Counted from the first letter of the stretch, positions 12,543-26,373 are shown. The stretch: 64,000 nucleotides of DNA from Kudoa neothunni (GCA_964304625.1 OZ199839.1:5574898-5638897); one strand, 5' to 3'. Numbers and translations: made by a program. The notes: generated by a model not told the origin, from the letters alone.

Positions 12543-14355
12543 GACTATTTGAATGGATGGGAATATCTCCTAGAATATGTGAGATATTCAAAATTTGATC
12601 TCACAATTATAATAGGCTATGTATGTCCTGTAAAACTGTAGAAAAAATATTTTTATAATTTTAAATGGATAATTTGTCTATTGAAACCATACATTAACCA
12701 TCTTTCATGCCCCAAAATCGTACTTTTCTTGATTTAATAACATCACTAAATGCTTATACGCAATATGTTAGTGAATTAAGTTCTATTGTCTGCAGTAAAA
12801 TTGATTATTGCCATGTTGGGGGGGGGGGGAATTTTCCCACACAGTGTATTGGCCACATGCCTTGCATGTTCTCCCAATTTTAATAATTGCCATACGTTGA
12901 GCGTTAATTCTCGTTTGATCTAAGTTGTATCATAAACTTCATAGATTCTCTTATTATGCGAAATAATTTCATATGCTAAACCGTTTGGTTACGTTGAATC
13001 TATGCAGTGAATTTAAAACGTGAATCTCGGCGAATACCCCTTTTGAGAACTGTACTATTTAACTCAGGTTTCACTTGAATTTAAATATACTAGATGTATC
13101 TATATTTATTTCTAACGCATCTTTCTTCATAACAACTGTACAAGATTCGTTTAGCTTGACTTATAACAAGTGTACGTGCATGTATCGTATGGTGAATTTG
13201 AAGATTCGACCAAATGGTTGTTAAAATAATTAGTTGAAGTTTCCCCTTGGCTGAAAACAAAAATATAAACAATAATAACAGATAAATGCCAATAAAGAAG
13301 AAAGTTCCTTAAGATGACGTTTGAATCTGCTCCCTTTTTGATATACAGGTTTCTGTCAAATATTCCAACGCGAAGAGAAAATAAGAAGGTATGGAATAAA
13401 TTCGGAGAAAAAATTTAAAGTGTGAAAAGTTTCGATGAAATAATTTGTAGTATTAGCAACGATCAAGTTGCTTCCATATGTGATGAATTATACGGAAACG
13501 GATTTTACAATCTCGATATTTATTTTGATAAAAGATGGAAACTTATCGTAAGTGAATGGATCGTTGGCTAAGTTGTGTTGAAAATTATTTTGAAAACTGC
13601 ATATATGATAAATTGGAATCGACAAATGAAAGATCGAAAGCATTGTTAAAAAATTTTCAACTCTGCAAGAATTCTTCCTATCGTTCTGTTCCCTGAAATC
13701 CATCAAAATTGAAAGAAAACAAATAATGGTTACCAAATATTTACAATTATATGATACTATACGTAACAACGAAACTTTCCATCAATTTTATACTCGAATG
13801 GCACTTTACTGATCTAATATTACTATGGAGGATGTATCCAAAATAAAAATTATCAAGAAGAATAGAATTCAATTTGTCGCTCAATGAATTTAATAACTAG
13901 TATTTTAACAAATCGATAAAATTATTTCAAGCCAAAGAGCATAGAATCAAAAAATTAAAAGGATAATAACAACCGACCTTTAAAAGCATCGTTTCATTCA
14001 AAAATTAAGAGGTATTTCGGTAGCCTCATTTTTTCTAATATTTTTAGACACCGGAATTAAGTGTGAAAATTTGTCTCGTATGCATGCCTCTTTCGAGTTT
14101 GTAACGTACAATTTGGTAAATAATTTAAATGAATACCGCAAATAACCTTTGAATATTGTTATCAATTCAAGGAAGGTCTGATTTTTATGCATAAGAGATG
14201 GTTAAAGTATGGTTTTAATGGACAAATCCTCCACTTTAAATCATTCGAAAAATTTTATAAAATTTTTTAGGATAAATATATCCTATTGTAATGGTGAAAC
14301 CAAATTTTGAATATCTCACATATTCTAGGAGATATTCCCACCCATGCAAATAGCC
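12543..14355. mobile_element. Non-autonomous element with ~110-bp TIRs and unidentified interior
   Basis: 12543-~12655 is an inverted copy of ~14245-14355 (core GGGAATATCTCCTAGAATATGTGAGATATTCAAAATTTG). No TSD seen. Confidence 0.7.
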
Positions 14356-14765
14356 GCATTTCTTTCTTGAATGAAAAAACATAATAATGCGTATGTCCAA
14401 ACCATAGATATTGCATGGTAAATTGCTATTCCCAAAAACCTCGCTATATCGAGACCTTACAGTACACCAGAGGTCGGCAACCCTATTGGGCTGTCGGGTC
14501 GGATGGTCATGCCGAACTAGAAAGCGGGTCAGAATATATTTAAATCCTTTAGATTTAATGAATTTTTCACAGTACAATTGAAAATTGGATTAGTAAATTT
14601 ATAATTTGGAATTTAAAAGAATACATTTTTATTTTAACCAAGAAAAGAAATATAAAGAACGTGAAAGTCGATATTTTTAATGAGGGAATTAACTATTTTA
14701 TACAATTTTTTAATTCAAAGTTTCCTGATATTATTGATGCTGAATTTAAACGTTTATATATTTAA

Positions 14766-17251
14766 CCCTCTAACGGGCTTGGGGTCTTTTAGACCCCAAA
14801 ACGATTTTAATTTGTCCATAGAATATTTTATAATTATCTGGGATACTTAAAATTTCGTCTATTCTCCTAAATTATTTTAATAAATAGATTTATAAAAATC
14901 TTTATGTGGAATATTGATTATTTCTTATCGAACAAAATTTTTATCTTCCAACGGGCTTTGGGGTAAAAAAGACCCCAGATTTTATTTGATTTGACGTATG
15001 TAGAAAATTATTATAAGATGATTTGGAAATTTAAAAAAAAATCTGCCTAATAAATACTGTCAAATTCAGCAATTATTAATCAATATAATCCGCCGTAATC
15101 CGATTAAGTATGTAATCGCAACATATCGTAACCATCGTTTATATGAATACCGCAAGGTCAATGTTTATTAGCTAAATACAAACAAAATTAACATATTACC
15201 TCCGTGTACTAGCAATAAATAATCCCCTACAAAATAAGCTATAGATAATTTAAGCCTTAGGACCGTATATGAGAGTTAACGCGAAATATACACCAATTTT
15301 ATCGTTTGTTGCGCACATTGAGATAATCATGGCACCATCTGAGGATTTTAGCGATGAATATCAACCTTTAAGTAGCGACATTGATGAAACCGTTCTTGAA
15401 TATTCCGAAGAATCCGATGATACATCAGACTGCGAACATCCTGCGGATTCTACGACAAGCAAAAGCGGAATACTTTGGACATTGAATAAGCCACCTCCAT
15501 CAAAAATGCTGAAGGAGAATATCATGAATCCTCGACCTGGGCCGACAGCTTATTGCATACAAAGAGTCAAAAACGTGTTGGACTGTTTTTTTATATTCTT
15601 CACTGATGAAATTTGCCAGGAAATAATAAAACAAACAAACGTTCACGGGAAATTACACTTTTCTGATTTATGGAATGATTTAGACAACGTTGAATTAAGA
15701 GGATTCTTCGGAACACTAATTTTGATGGCTGTCTACAAAGACAGAGAGCAACCTCTTTTAGAAATGTTTAGTATAAAGGAAGGGAGAGAGATGTATCGCG
15801 AAATCTTTTCATTTAATCGTTTTCGCCAAATTCTACGATGTATTCATTTTGATAATCCAAGCACCAGATCTGAAAGAAGAGAATTGGATAAATTTTGTCC
15901 AATTCGCAACATATGGAACATGTGGATCTAGACTCTACCTATATGTTTTTTCCCCGGTGAAAATGTTACCGTTGACGAGCAGTTAGTCTCGTTTAGAGGA
16001 AGATGCTCATTTAGACAATATATGCCGATGAAGCCGGCGAAATATGGCCTAAAGTTTTTCCTAGCTGTCGATCCAGTCCACAAATATGTTGTAAACATTT
16101 CTCCCTATCTAGGAAAGAACGGAACTCAAGCTAGCCAAAACTGTGGTGTTGGTGAGAATATTGTGCTTTCCCTTACAGCTCCCTTGTATAACTCAGGAAG
16201 AACTATAGTTGCAGATAATTTTTTCTCTTCCCTTAGACTAGCCGAGAAGCTGTTAGACAAACGTCTGACATATCTTGGAACAATTCGACACAATAAGAGA
16301 GATTTACCACCGTGTGTTCTTCCGTCTAGAAATCGTTCCTTATTCAGCACTATGTTTATATTTTTTGATAAATATATGATCACTTCATATGTCAACAAAA
16401 AAGAAGAGCAGTGATTCTCCTATCCTCAGGAACAACCAATAACAACATAACCAACGATACACATAAACAAAAGCCTGAAACAACAGTGGATTATAATGGT
16501 TCCAAAGGAGGAGTAGATACTGTGGATCGGATGTTGGCTTCCGTTTCGGTCCGCAGATTTAATCGACGCTGGCCCATGGTGGTCTTTTATAATATGTTGG
16601 ATTTGACTTTGATAAATTCATTTTGTCTATATAAACACATATTTAACGATTCCACAAAATTGAGACGTGATTTTCTGAAAGAAATGGCTGGAGAGTTGTA
16701 TAAACCTCTTTTGGAGAGAAATTCCCAAATGAAAAAATGTTCAAAAAGATCTCATCCAACTTCTATGGAAACATACAACTTTGCAGATTCAAATACTTCT
16801 AAACGAAGATGTGAACATTGTCCTCGTGAAAACGATAACAAAACCTCATCCAAATGCTCAAAATGTGGAAGTTTCTACTGTCGCGCCCATTCGTCAAATA
16901 AATCTCTAAATTGCTAGCTAATATAAACCAAATTTATTAGGGACCCTTGAAAATATTTTATCTTTTATTTTTTACTAAAATGTTATTTTTCATTATTTCA
17001 AATAAGACTAAACATATTATACGTTATAAAAACGATTTATCGCGATATCTGCTTAATCTTGCCGAAGAGGATTACTGAAGATTAATTATGAAGTAATTGA
17101 TTATTTTCTCAGCGTTACTTAGGCAGAATTTTCCCATATTTCCCTCATAAGTTTATAATAATTTTCTGCATACATTAAATTAAAAAAAATCTGGGGTCTT
17201 TTTTACCCCAAAGCCCGTTGGAGGGTGGTCGTTTTTTCATCCGTTGGAGGG
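14766..17251 (+). mobile_element. Full-length piggyBac transposon, near-intact
   Basis: TTAA on both sides, TIR CCCTCYAACGG, and ~40-bp internal inverted repeats (~14945-14985 and ~17185-17225). Transposase has VDEQL, ADNFF, GGVDTVD and a C-terminal Cys-rich domain. Confidence 0.96.
15269..16917 (+). pseudogene. piggyBac (PGBD4-like) transposase with one nonsense codon and one frameshift
   Basis: In-frame TAG at 15929-15931 and a frame change in the A-run near 16400-16411. The DDD triad is otherwise present. Confidence 0.92.
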
Positions 17252-17696
17252 TTAAATCGGTTAAATCATGGTTCGAAATCGTTAAAAACAATAATTAAAC
17301 GTTTCCATTTGTTACAATAAAACTAATATCGTATAATTAGTAAAAATAGGTGAGGAATTTGTGTGGGAAAAAATTTTAAACTTTATTTTTTTTAACACTT
17401 ATATTTAGAAAAAAGGGATGATACTTAACTTAATTCACATTGTTATTAGGGTTATTTATATTATGGAAAGATCGTAATTAAAAATTGGGAAAATTATACA
17501 TACAAGTACCGTCAACAAAAATAACTTTGTCATTGACACCCCTCGCGGGCCGGATGAGAAAAGCTCTTGGCCCAGTCGTCGCCGACGTCTGCTGTGTACG
17601 ACTTAAAAAGTTCTCACTACACCCCAACTATATCACAAACAATGGAATACTAAAATACTATAATATTTAAAATTGTTAACCCCAAATAACAGTTAA

Positions 17697-19942
17697 ACCC
17701 TCAGAGCATCCGAAAATCGACTTTACACATTCCTTCTTTGGGGGTCCAATGGACCTCATATTTGATTTAGCTTGAATTATGCAAAAAATAAAATAAATAA
17801 TTTACTAAAATACAAAAGGACATTATCAATAAAATATTGAATAATATAACAAATATCACTTCAACGATTGGTAACGATAAGTAATGAAGAGTTTACAACG
17901 TTAAAATAAGCATAAAATTCAACGATTTTAACTACCTTTTGCATCTAATGTTGTGTTAATAAATAAAAATTTAATTCCTTATTAATAAAACAGTATTAAA
18001 AGTTTCCCTTACAATTAATTTATAAAGAGTGGCGGCCAATAAAAACCGCAATATATAAAATTTTGAAATAGACAAAACATGAAATGTATATATTTTAGTT
18101 TTTCTTATTAGAACATAACAAGCAAGTAATTTTTGAGTGGTTTTCACTGCACTTGGCCCACAAACACAACAAATAATACTCGTTTTTCTATCACGCGATC
18201 TTGAACAAAAACGACATCTATTCTTGCGACGAGGAAATTTTTGGTTGCAAGTAGAACTTTGATTAACACGATGTGTGTCTCTCTGAATATAATCCTTCAC
18301 CAAACTATCCGCAAGTCCTTCTAGAAACATAACCCTTAAACAATCATGGCCGCAGAAAATAGTCTTATAAAGACAAAACACATTTATCAAACTAGGATAA
18401 ACCATGTTGAAAAATATTGCCGGCGGACGTCGATTGGTACACCTTTTTACACTTGTTATTGCAATAATATGTTCAACCATTTCCTCCCCTCCTTTATAAA
18501 GGTTATATTCCAAGGTAACCATAGGTTTTTTTCGTTCACTATCTTTAACGTCTGTATTGAAACAGGAGGATGTACGCACTCGTTTTCGATTAAACAAAAA
18601 CGTGTACTGAAAACCTCTTGCTTTGAATTCTTTTTAAGATAATCCGGAATATCTCATTTATTATTACGGATTGTTCCAGTTATTGGCATTCCCCGTGTTA
18701 GGAGTTTTTGGGAAAGGAGAACAGAGGTAAAGAAATTATCACAGATGATATTTCTCCTACTTTCCTTTAATTCGGAAACAAGATTTAGAACAATGTTTTC
18801 TACAACATTTTTTGACCTTTCATTGTTATTTTTACCTAAATATACCGAAATATTGTGAGTGTATTTGGTCTCGGGATCGGTAAGGAGAAAAAACATTATT
18901 CCATACACTTCTAGCTTTGACGGCATATATTGTTTAAAGGGACATTTTCCGCTAGAAGCAACTAGTTTCTCGTCCGTTGTCAACTTCTCCTAGGGGATAA
19001 CAAGTTTGGGAAGAATATCTTTCCAATCATCAAAAACATCACGAATGGGGCTGAATTTATCCAGGATTCTTCGAGTCTCTCTCGTTTCAAAATCATTAAA
19101 ACGAATAGCTCTTGAAATTTGAATTAACCTTTCCAACACTCCATAGTAGTTCGAGTGATTCTAATTTGGCTGTAAAAATTGACATATACACAAGAATTCC
19201 TAAATATGCCAATAACTCTTGGTTTGTTAAATCCTTCCAGGAATGTTGATAATGAAAATTGCCGAACTTATTAGTATTCGAAATTACAATTGAGAAAAAA
19301 GCCTCATCGAAAAATATGAGGAATGTATCAACCAACGAGGTAATTCTGCTTGACGCATAGGCGGTTATACCTTAAGATTTTCGAATAATATTATCATTAG
19401 TGCTTTTAGTTATTTGAGGTTTATCAGGATACCAAATTACACACCTCTTAACCTCGTATATATTCCGATAATATTTATTATCGCCAGAAATATCAGAATT
19501 TTGTGAATAATCAAATTATTCAAAGTTATCATAAACTTCACTCACATCCGACTCAAATTCATTCGAAATATCACGCTCAGAACCACTCGTGCAACATTTT
19601 TCTTCTCGGTGATGATCGTTACTTATCACCCATGGTCTTTTGAATTTATCTCTGTTTCCTCCCGATAAATTTTTGTTTAATCCTCAGAATTGTTTTAAAT
19701 TATTTTTATACGTATTTTAGAAGAATAAACATGGGGTCTATTGGACTCTCAAAGAAGGAATGTGTAAGTTATTTGATTATTTTCTGAATTAAAAGTACAA
19801 ATTATAATTTTTTGTAATATTTTAATTTAATATAATTTTTAATAGAATAAATGAGATAACGTTTATTGAGGCGTTACAAGGTTCTCTAAAATGGATTGAA
19901 ACATCCCTTGGGGTCCAATGGACTCCAAAGACGCTCGAAAGG
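17697..19942 (-). mobile_element. Second full-length piggyBac (different family), degraded
   Basis: TTAA-bounded imperfect TIRs and internal inverted repeats at ~17722-17762 and ~19728-19769. ORF pieces TDEKLV..GKCPFKQYMPSK, ICDNFF, YNLYKGG and a Cys-rich tail. Confidence 0.9.
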
Positions 19943-20235
19943 TTAAAAAATTAAATTACGAAGTTTTAGCGAATTAAATGCAAGTTAAAAAGACGCACAA
20001 ATTAATTCACTGAACTTCACCTCTGTTCCAAATACACACAATGAGAATTAAGATCGAAAATTGAGCAAACGGTTGAATTGTAAATTTAAAATGAAATTTT
20101 GGCTTCTCTATTTTTAAAGTCTATTAATAACGATCTGTAACAAAATCGTAAAAACCGATTACGCTACGAGACCGAAATTTCGTAGCTGTATACTAGACTA
20201 TACCATTACCAACAAGTCTATGTTTGCATCATTAA

Positions 20236-20801
20236 CCCTTAAAAGATACCCTCATGTAGATTAATTAGATCATTGGAAGGATTTAATCGTGAAAAGCGGG
20301 ACAATGCGTACGTAAGTAGAAAAAAACGTATATCATGAAATAACCATATGTATTTTCGACTTAATGTATTTAAATGCTCGTCACAATTGTTGCATATTAT
20401 ATCCTTTTTAGAATGTTCATTACATAGGGGTTTGAACATACGTTGCAAATTCGTTTGAATCATAATTATCACATAAATATATATCTAACACAGTCGAAGA
20501 TATGCTTTTGGATTCAGAAAAGATTCGGATGACAAACTGGGTTCCTAAATTTCTGAAATATGATACAATTATGCGAATAATATGAGTTCAAAACCAGGTT
20601 AAAATATTAAATTTTAATAACCCCTTATTTAAAATCTGCTTAAAATATTTAAAAATAATTTTTATGAAATTTTACACAGATATTGAGGAATTAAGTGTAG
20701 GAATTTACTTAAAATTCCGGTCCAACAAATAAATTTTTTAGTAGAGTTTTGCCAATTTTACTGTCCAAGTGGGCACGTGGAGCCCACAGGTATTTTAAGG
20801 G
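20236..20801 (-). mobile_element. Non-autonomous piggyBac deletion derivative
   Basis: TTAA-CCCTTAAAA(G)ATACC termini. It retains a Cys/His-rich tail remnant (PLCNEHSKKDIICNNC). Confidence 0.8.
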
Positions 20802-21479
20802 TTAAGAGCGATTTGGTATAGAATTTTTTTATAAGATAGATTGAAGCTATATAACTCAAGCACCATATTCGTAGATTTTTTTGAAGTCACTCGCTAAGTT
20901 TAACTTTCTGTGGTTAAATTTAATGCTGATGGTTGTACTCTATTTCATCTTATTATTTGACTCGTTTTTGTTGATATTAGCTCGATTTGAAAGGATTAAT
21001 AAGAAATAATGCATTAATGTTCATGCCGGGACAAGTTATAATAATTCGAACATTAAAAATCAACGATCGTAAATTTTCTTCTATTTCTATTTTTTTGCCA
21101 CCCCAGAAAAGAATGACAAAAACTTTCTGAGTCGGACCAGAATCTACTTTGAAAAATCCACGGATACACGAATAACATTTTAGACAAAACTTTAAGCTAA
21201 TTTAAATAATTCGGGAATGTAAAAAAAATGACGCGGACCTTAAATTATTTAGCGTTGGTGTCGGGTCACGAAATTTTTAAATGAACATCGGGATTGATAC
21301 GTTCCTTCACAGAAATGATCATAATTTAAGTTTCGTCAATCCAAATCGTTAATGTATGGTGCTTAGAATTTTTTAGTTATTTTTCTTTTATGGGTTAATT
21401 CACGACTTCAATATATTTTGTGAATGTTATTAAGAAGCGTATCTATGCGAAATCTTCCCCAGGCAACGCTGGGCAGTTC

Positions 21480-22567
21480 GCGCCAATTCATAATAAATGT
21501 GTTACTCAAAACACGTTTTCAAGAATTTGGAAATGAAAGATCGAATTTAATTTTTCTTACTAAATCATTTGAAACCAACATGTCAACTTAGATTATACAG
21601 ACTTTTCTGATTTTAATCGAGAAGAATTAGAGTTAGAAATTACTGACTTAAATTATAAAAATCGGCATAAAATTGAAGTTCATAATTCTAGTAAGTGATT
21701 TTAGATCTACAGATCTACTAAAAATCCTGTTAATGGTTTAAAGAAAATTGAATAAATTGGAAAATTATTTTTACAACGTTATTTAATTTTTGAAGCTAAG
21801 AATGCATTAACAGAAACTTACAGTAACTCCAAGATTTATCCACTTAAATTCTATTTATGCTTGGTTCTACTCGATTGTGTTAAAAAAAATCTACTCTAAT
21901 ATAAACATTATCAAAAGCTGACTAAATAGAAGAATTGATGGTGAAAACTTACAGTGTTGTTTAAAACTGAATACAACTTCCAAATACCTCTGCATTGAAC
22001 AGATCTCCGTGGAAATTAGTGAGGAATTTTTCCATTTATCAATTTCTTCAATTAACATATTGAAATAATCAAATTATTACGTCATAATATTCACTCTTTT
22101 GTAGTAATTAATTCCTTGAAAATATTTTTAATGGGGAATTGGTAACTTTTAAAATTTCAGATTATTTTGTGAAATTTTTCTTTTTGGCGACGTTAATAAT
22201 CATCGAGAAGTGTTTTTTATTGTATAATTATTATATAACGGATATAAGTAGAATTTTCAATCTATCGAAATCAAAATTATGATAATTCAAACTATATATC
22301 TTCAAAAAACCACAGAAATGTTCGTTTTTAATTTTTTCTGCATTAATTATACTAATACTTAAAATAATAGGTTAATTGGTTTTAGGGTCACATTTATGTA
22401 AGACAATTCAATAATTTTAGTAAGATTTTCCTAAAACATGTTTTATGATTTCAAAATTAAACGTTTGGATTTCCTAAATTATATTTGGTGTTGCGTCTCC
22501 CGAAATAGAAAAATTTTTGTCATCACCAATAAATGGTTCTTCCAGTCAGATCGGTTGGTGACTCCTG
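21480..22567 (+). mobile_element. hAT transposase C-terminal remnant with right TIR
   Basis: Broken frames give LGSTRLC...NIIKS...IDGENLQCCLKL (hATC-like). Terminus GGTTGGTGACTCCTG resembles the reverse complement of CAGGGGTCGGCAAC. Confidence 0.55.
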
Positions 22568-22746
22568 AACTGAGAAAAGACAACTATTTTCCGAGATTAC
22601 GTTCTAATTATATTTGTCGTTTTCCGCTGAGTTAAACAATGAGATGAGAGATTAAGAGTACCACTGTCTACATTACCATTTTTATTTGTACACGTTTTTA
22701 TTAAATTTTCATTTATTTTTAACACAGTTAGATTTAATGCTATTAA

Positions 22747-22820
22747 CCTCCCGAGCGTCTCTGGGGTCATATTGACCCAAAGAGAAGAGTGTATTGTCGA
22801 TTTGGAGGCTCTTAAAAGAT
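22747..22820 (+). mobile_element. ~74-bp minimal piggyBac derivative
   Basis: TTAA-bounded. The 5' half resembles the 5' end, and the 3' half the 3' end, of the 17697-19942 element, joined at the GGGGTC..GACCC palindrome. Confidence 0.65.
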
Positions 22821-22939
22821 TTAATTACAATTGAAAATTTATAATAAGGATTTTTTTATTCATCCCTAACCCCTAACTACGATTTTAAATCCAATTAAAT
22901 AACAAATTATTTATTTATAATTAATAAATAATAGTTATA

Positions 22940-25313
22940 CAGTCAGTGGCCGGTTTTACGCACCTTCTAAAAAGCAACACAATTTGAATAATCAAATGTA
23001 CAATTGATATAGTACATTTGTTCCATGTTTTATTAAAGAATTTTCATCCAAATAATATAATAAGGTTGGAAATTTCTAGAATATGGATCAGGTGACTGGT
23101 CGGTGTTACGCTCTTTTTCGGGACAATTTAAAAAAATGATGAATTTTGTTGAATATTCAAAGGAATTCAGTGAAATGAAAAATAAATCAAATGGAAACAT
23201 AAAGTAATAGAATAATTTCACAATATCTCCCCAAATACCGCCAAATCTGTTACTATAAAGCACCAAACATATCCTTCTCATCCAACCCCTATAGCATCTC
23301 AAAAACAAAAAGGGAATATTTAAATGATTGAAAATAAACATATTTTTGTTGTAAGTTGCGAATTTATTACAAAGATTTTAAAAATTATCCAAAATTGATA
23401 AAAAAGGATCGATCGATCATGTCCGCGATACAGAAAGTTATGTTTCAAAATATTACGAACGAATTATTTGGGTATGGTAAATTATGTGACTCCGGGGAAA
23501 CACCATCTTTCATCTGGTTTGAGTCGTTTTTTCTTTTACGGTTATCAATAATAAATCAAAAGAATACTGAGTGTAGATATTGAGCTCAAACAAATTAATT
23601 CAAAATTTTTTCCTAATCCCTATTCGATTACAGTAGGGTACACGTGTAATCCACATCGTTTTGCAATAAACACCGAAAATATAGCTGATTATTTACTTGT
23701 TTCGTAAATTATCTAAAATTTATATGTTATATTATTTTTAATAAAAACGATATTAAATATTTCTGTAATTACTTACCACGTGAAAATCGCGGCAATGGAG
23801 CTTTCAAGTTTCAGAGGCGATGATGACTTTTTCTGTTTAATTAATGATCATGATAGGTTACTCTACAAATTAGTAACAACGGGTTACCTCGAAGCTGCTA
23901 CAAAAAGATGCTTTAATTGTTGGAATTTTGAAACCTTTACATTAAAAAAGAGAAAAATAAATGTAAGGAGAACAATGACAGAAACTTCATGCTGTGGGAA
24001 AACCCACATTGATTGTGCCTTCACTTACAGATGTAAAAATTACTTATCTTCTGCGGAATAACGATTTAAGGTAGTTAAAGTGTAAAACTAGTGTTTTCCC
24101 CTTGGAACGATACGTTTTTCTCTGGTATAGCTTTCGTTTGTTCAACAAACAAATTAACGATAAAAAGTATGTATTATTTTATAAAATGTTATATTAAAAT
24201 TTGTAAGAAAATTTGAACGAGTAAATCTTCATAAAACTGACCATACATCCAATACATCGTACAACACTTTAATTGCGCTTTAACAGCATGTCAGTTGTTG
24301 CAAAGAATGATTTTGGCGTAACATACAGATTAAAATAATAAATTATTTCATTTCAAAGCTAAATTGTACATTACAACAATAATAAAACATTATTTTATCC
24401 CAACAAATATTTTTGTCCCAAATAAATAAAATTTGTGATGTATAATATGTTCATACTTTATGTCGTATTTAAAAATTAAATAGCTAAAAATTCCATTTAT
24501 TATTTGTAAAAGTTCTCCAATTTGATATCTTCAGGTAAATAAATTACGTATTGAAATATTGTTAATTAATGCCTTTCTTCAATTTTATAACCAAAAATAT
24601 CAATGTAAGATTAATATAATTATTGTTAGTTTCAATTTCGCAAGTATTTGGTGTATAAAAATTAATTCACTAATAATAGAGTACTAATAAAAATTTATAA
24701 ACTAAAATTAACAATTATAGATGTTGCTAAATGGGTTAAAAGTTAATTTGACATTTAGGAATATAGATACATGACACATTACTTCATAATATTAGACAAA
24801 CTTATTTAGGTTTACTACGCTATATTTGGTATGTAAATATTAAGACAATTTGAACAACGGTTATAGGATACCAATTAGGATAGAATAACTAAAAAATCAG
24901 CTAATTTTTCGGTGTTTATTTGAAAACGATGTGGATTACATGTGAATCCGACTGTAGTCGAATACACATTAGGCAAAAGTTTAGAAGTAATTTATTTGAG
25001 CTCGATATTTTCACTCAATACTCTTTTGATTTATTATTGATAATCGTAAAAGAAAAAACGATTAAAACCAGATGAAAGATGGTGTTTTCCCGGAGTCACA
25101 TACTTTATCATTATCATTTTTTGTGTTCAAAATAATCAATTATCGTATCTCCAAGTAAAAGAAATTATTATTTCATAAATGTATAGAATTCAGCTAAATT
25201 AAATAGCTACGTATATCATTTCACACGCGCGCATAAAATGCGCAAAACTGGGCGTGACCAATTTTCCACATTTTTGTGGTCCCGAGGAGATTACGTAAAC
25301 CGATCACTAATTG
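22940..25313. mobile_element. Tc1/pogo-type degenerate element, TA-flanked
   Basis: Imperfect TIRs CAGTCAGTGGCCGGTTTTACG and CGTAAACCGATCACTAATTG. The right end resembles the Tigger end at 12448-12484. The two ends may belong to different elements. Confidence 0.45.
23476..25109 (+). mobile_element. Long-TIR (~220 bp) non-autonomous element, possibly Merlin-derived
   Basis: 23476-~23695 is an inverted copy of ~24892-25109. Internal ORF 23780-24061 has CxxC...YRC, resembling a Merlin N-terminal zinc ribbon. Confidence 0.75.
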
Positions 25314-26373
25314 TATTTGCATCAGTTATACATTATTGGATTGGTTTAAATTTAAAAACAGTCAATCATATATAATCTTTTTTAATATACAAGAGGCCTT
25401 CCACGAATTTTAATCAAAAAATTTTCGTGCGTTTTCTTAATTAGTGAAAATTAATAATATAATAATACGATTTTTGTTCTTTGTATTTTATTTATTTGAG
25501 ATAAGATTAAATTCGCCATAAATTCCATTGTTTCCTCAAAATAAATATATACTCGAGCTTAAATCATATTTCTCATTCGGTGAAAATAAAAAGTTCCCTT
25601 ATCGATATTACCATTTGAATTATGTTATTTTTATGGTCAATAAATATTGGAATAAGGCATAAAAACTGTATATTTACAATTTGATTAAAAAAATGATAAA
25701 ACTACAGAATATCATATAAAACATCATAATCTGAGCCCGGATATATCTACGAATTAACGCTATTAGAAATTCTGAAGGTAATCGCTTTAAATATTGATGG
25801 AACACGTCAGCACATTTTTAGAGTTAACTTCATAATATAAAAAGAAGAATATTGCTTCAGTTGCATTAAGATGGTAATCCTTCAATAAAGATTAATTTGT
25901 TAAATTATTCGCATTAAACACATTTATTATAGGTCAAATTTGGCATCTGAATGGTATTTGTTTGGGAAAATTCATCTCCACCTATTTGCTTTTGATATTG
26001 AATAAACTTTTAGTACATTATAACAATGAGAAATATGTTTCTAATGGGTTTTGAAATTTATTATAATTAAAACGAAAATAACACTTATAATGAATTAAAA
26101 ATATTTTTAAAATAAATATTTAAAGGATTAATTCATTATAACATTATTTTCTTAATATATAATATTTATATTAACCAATATATTTTTAAATATTATTTTT
26201 AGTATTCCTGATTATTTATGTAATAAGTAGATTTAATGTAAAACATTAAATTTTAAAAGCTTCAAACTGATATAAATTCAAGTAAAATTAAATAAATTGA
26301 TTACAATATCTACGGTTACTTCAATAATAATACAAAATAGATTAAAGTTGTTTTTATTCCGCCATAAACAAGA

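Larger units (their letters stand above)
14468..17591. mobile_element. Non-autonomous hAT element (~630 bp) interrupted by a piggyBac
   Basis: Left TIR CAGAGGTCGGCAAC and right end GTCGCCGACGTCTG. The 8-bp flanks CAGTACAC/CTGTGTAC match at only 5/8. Confidence 0.65.
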
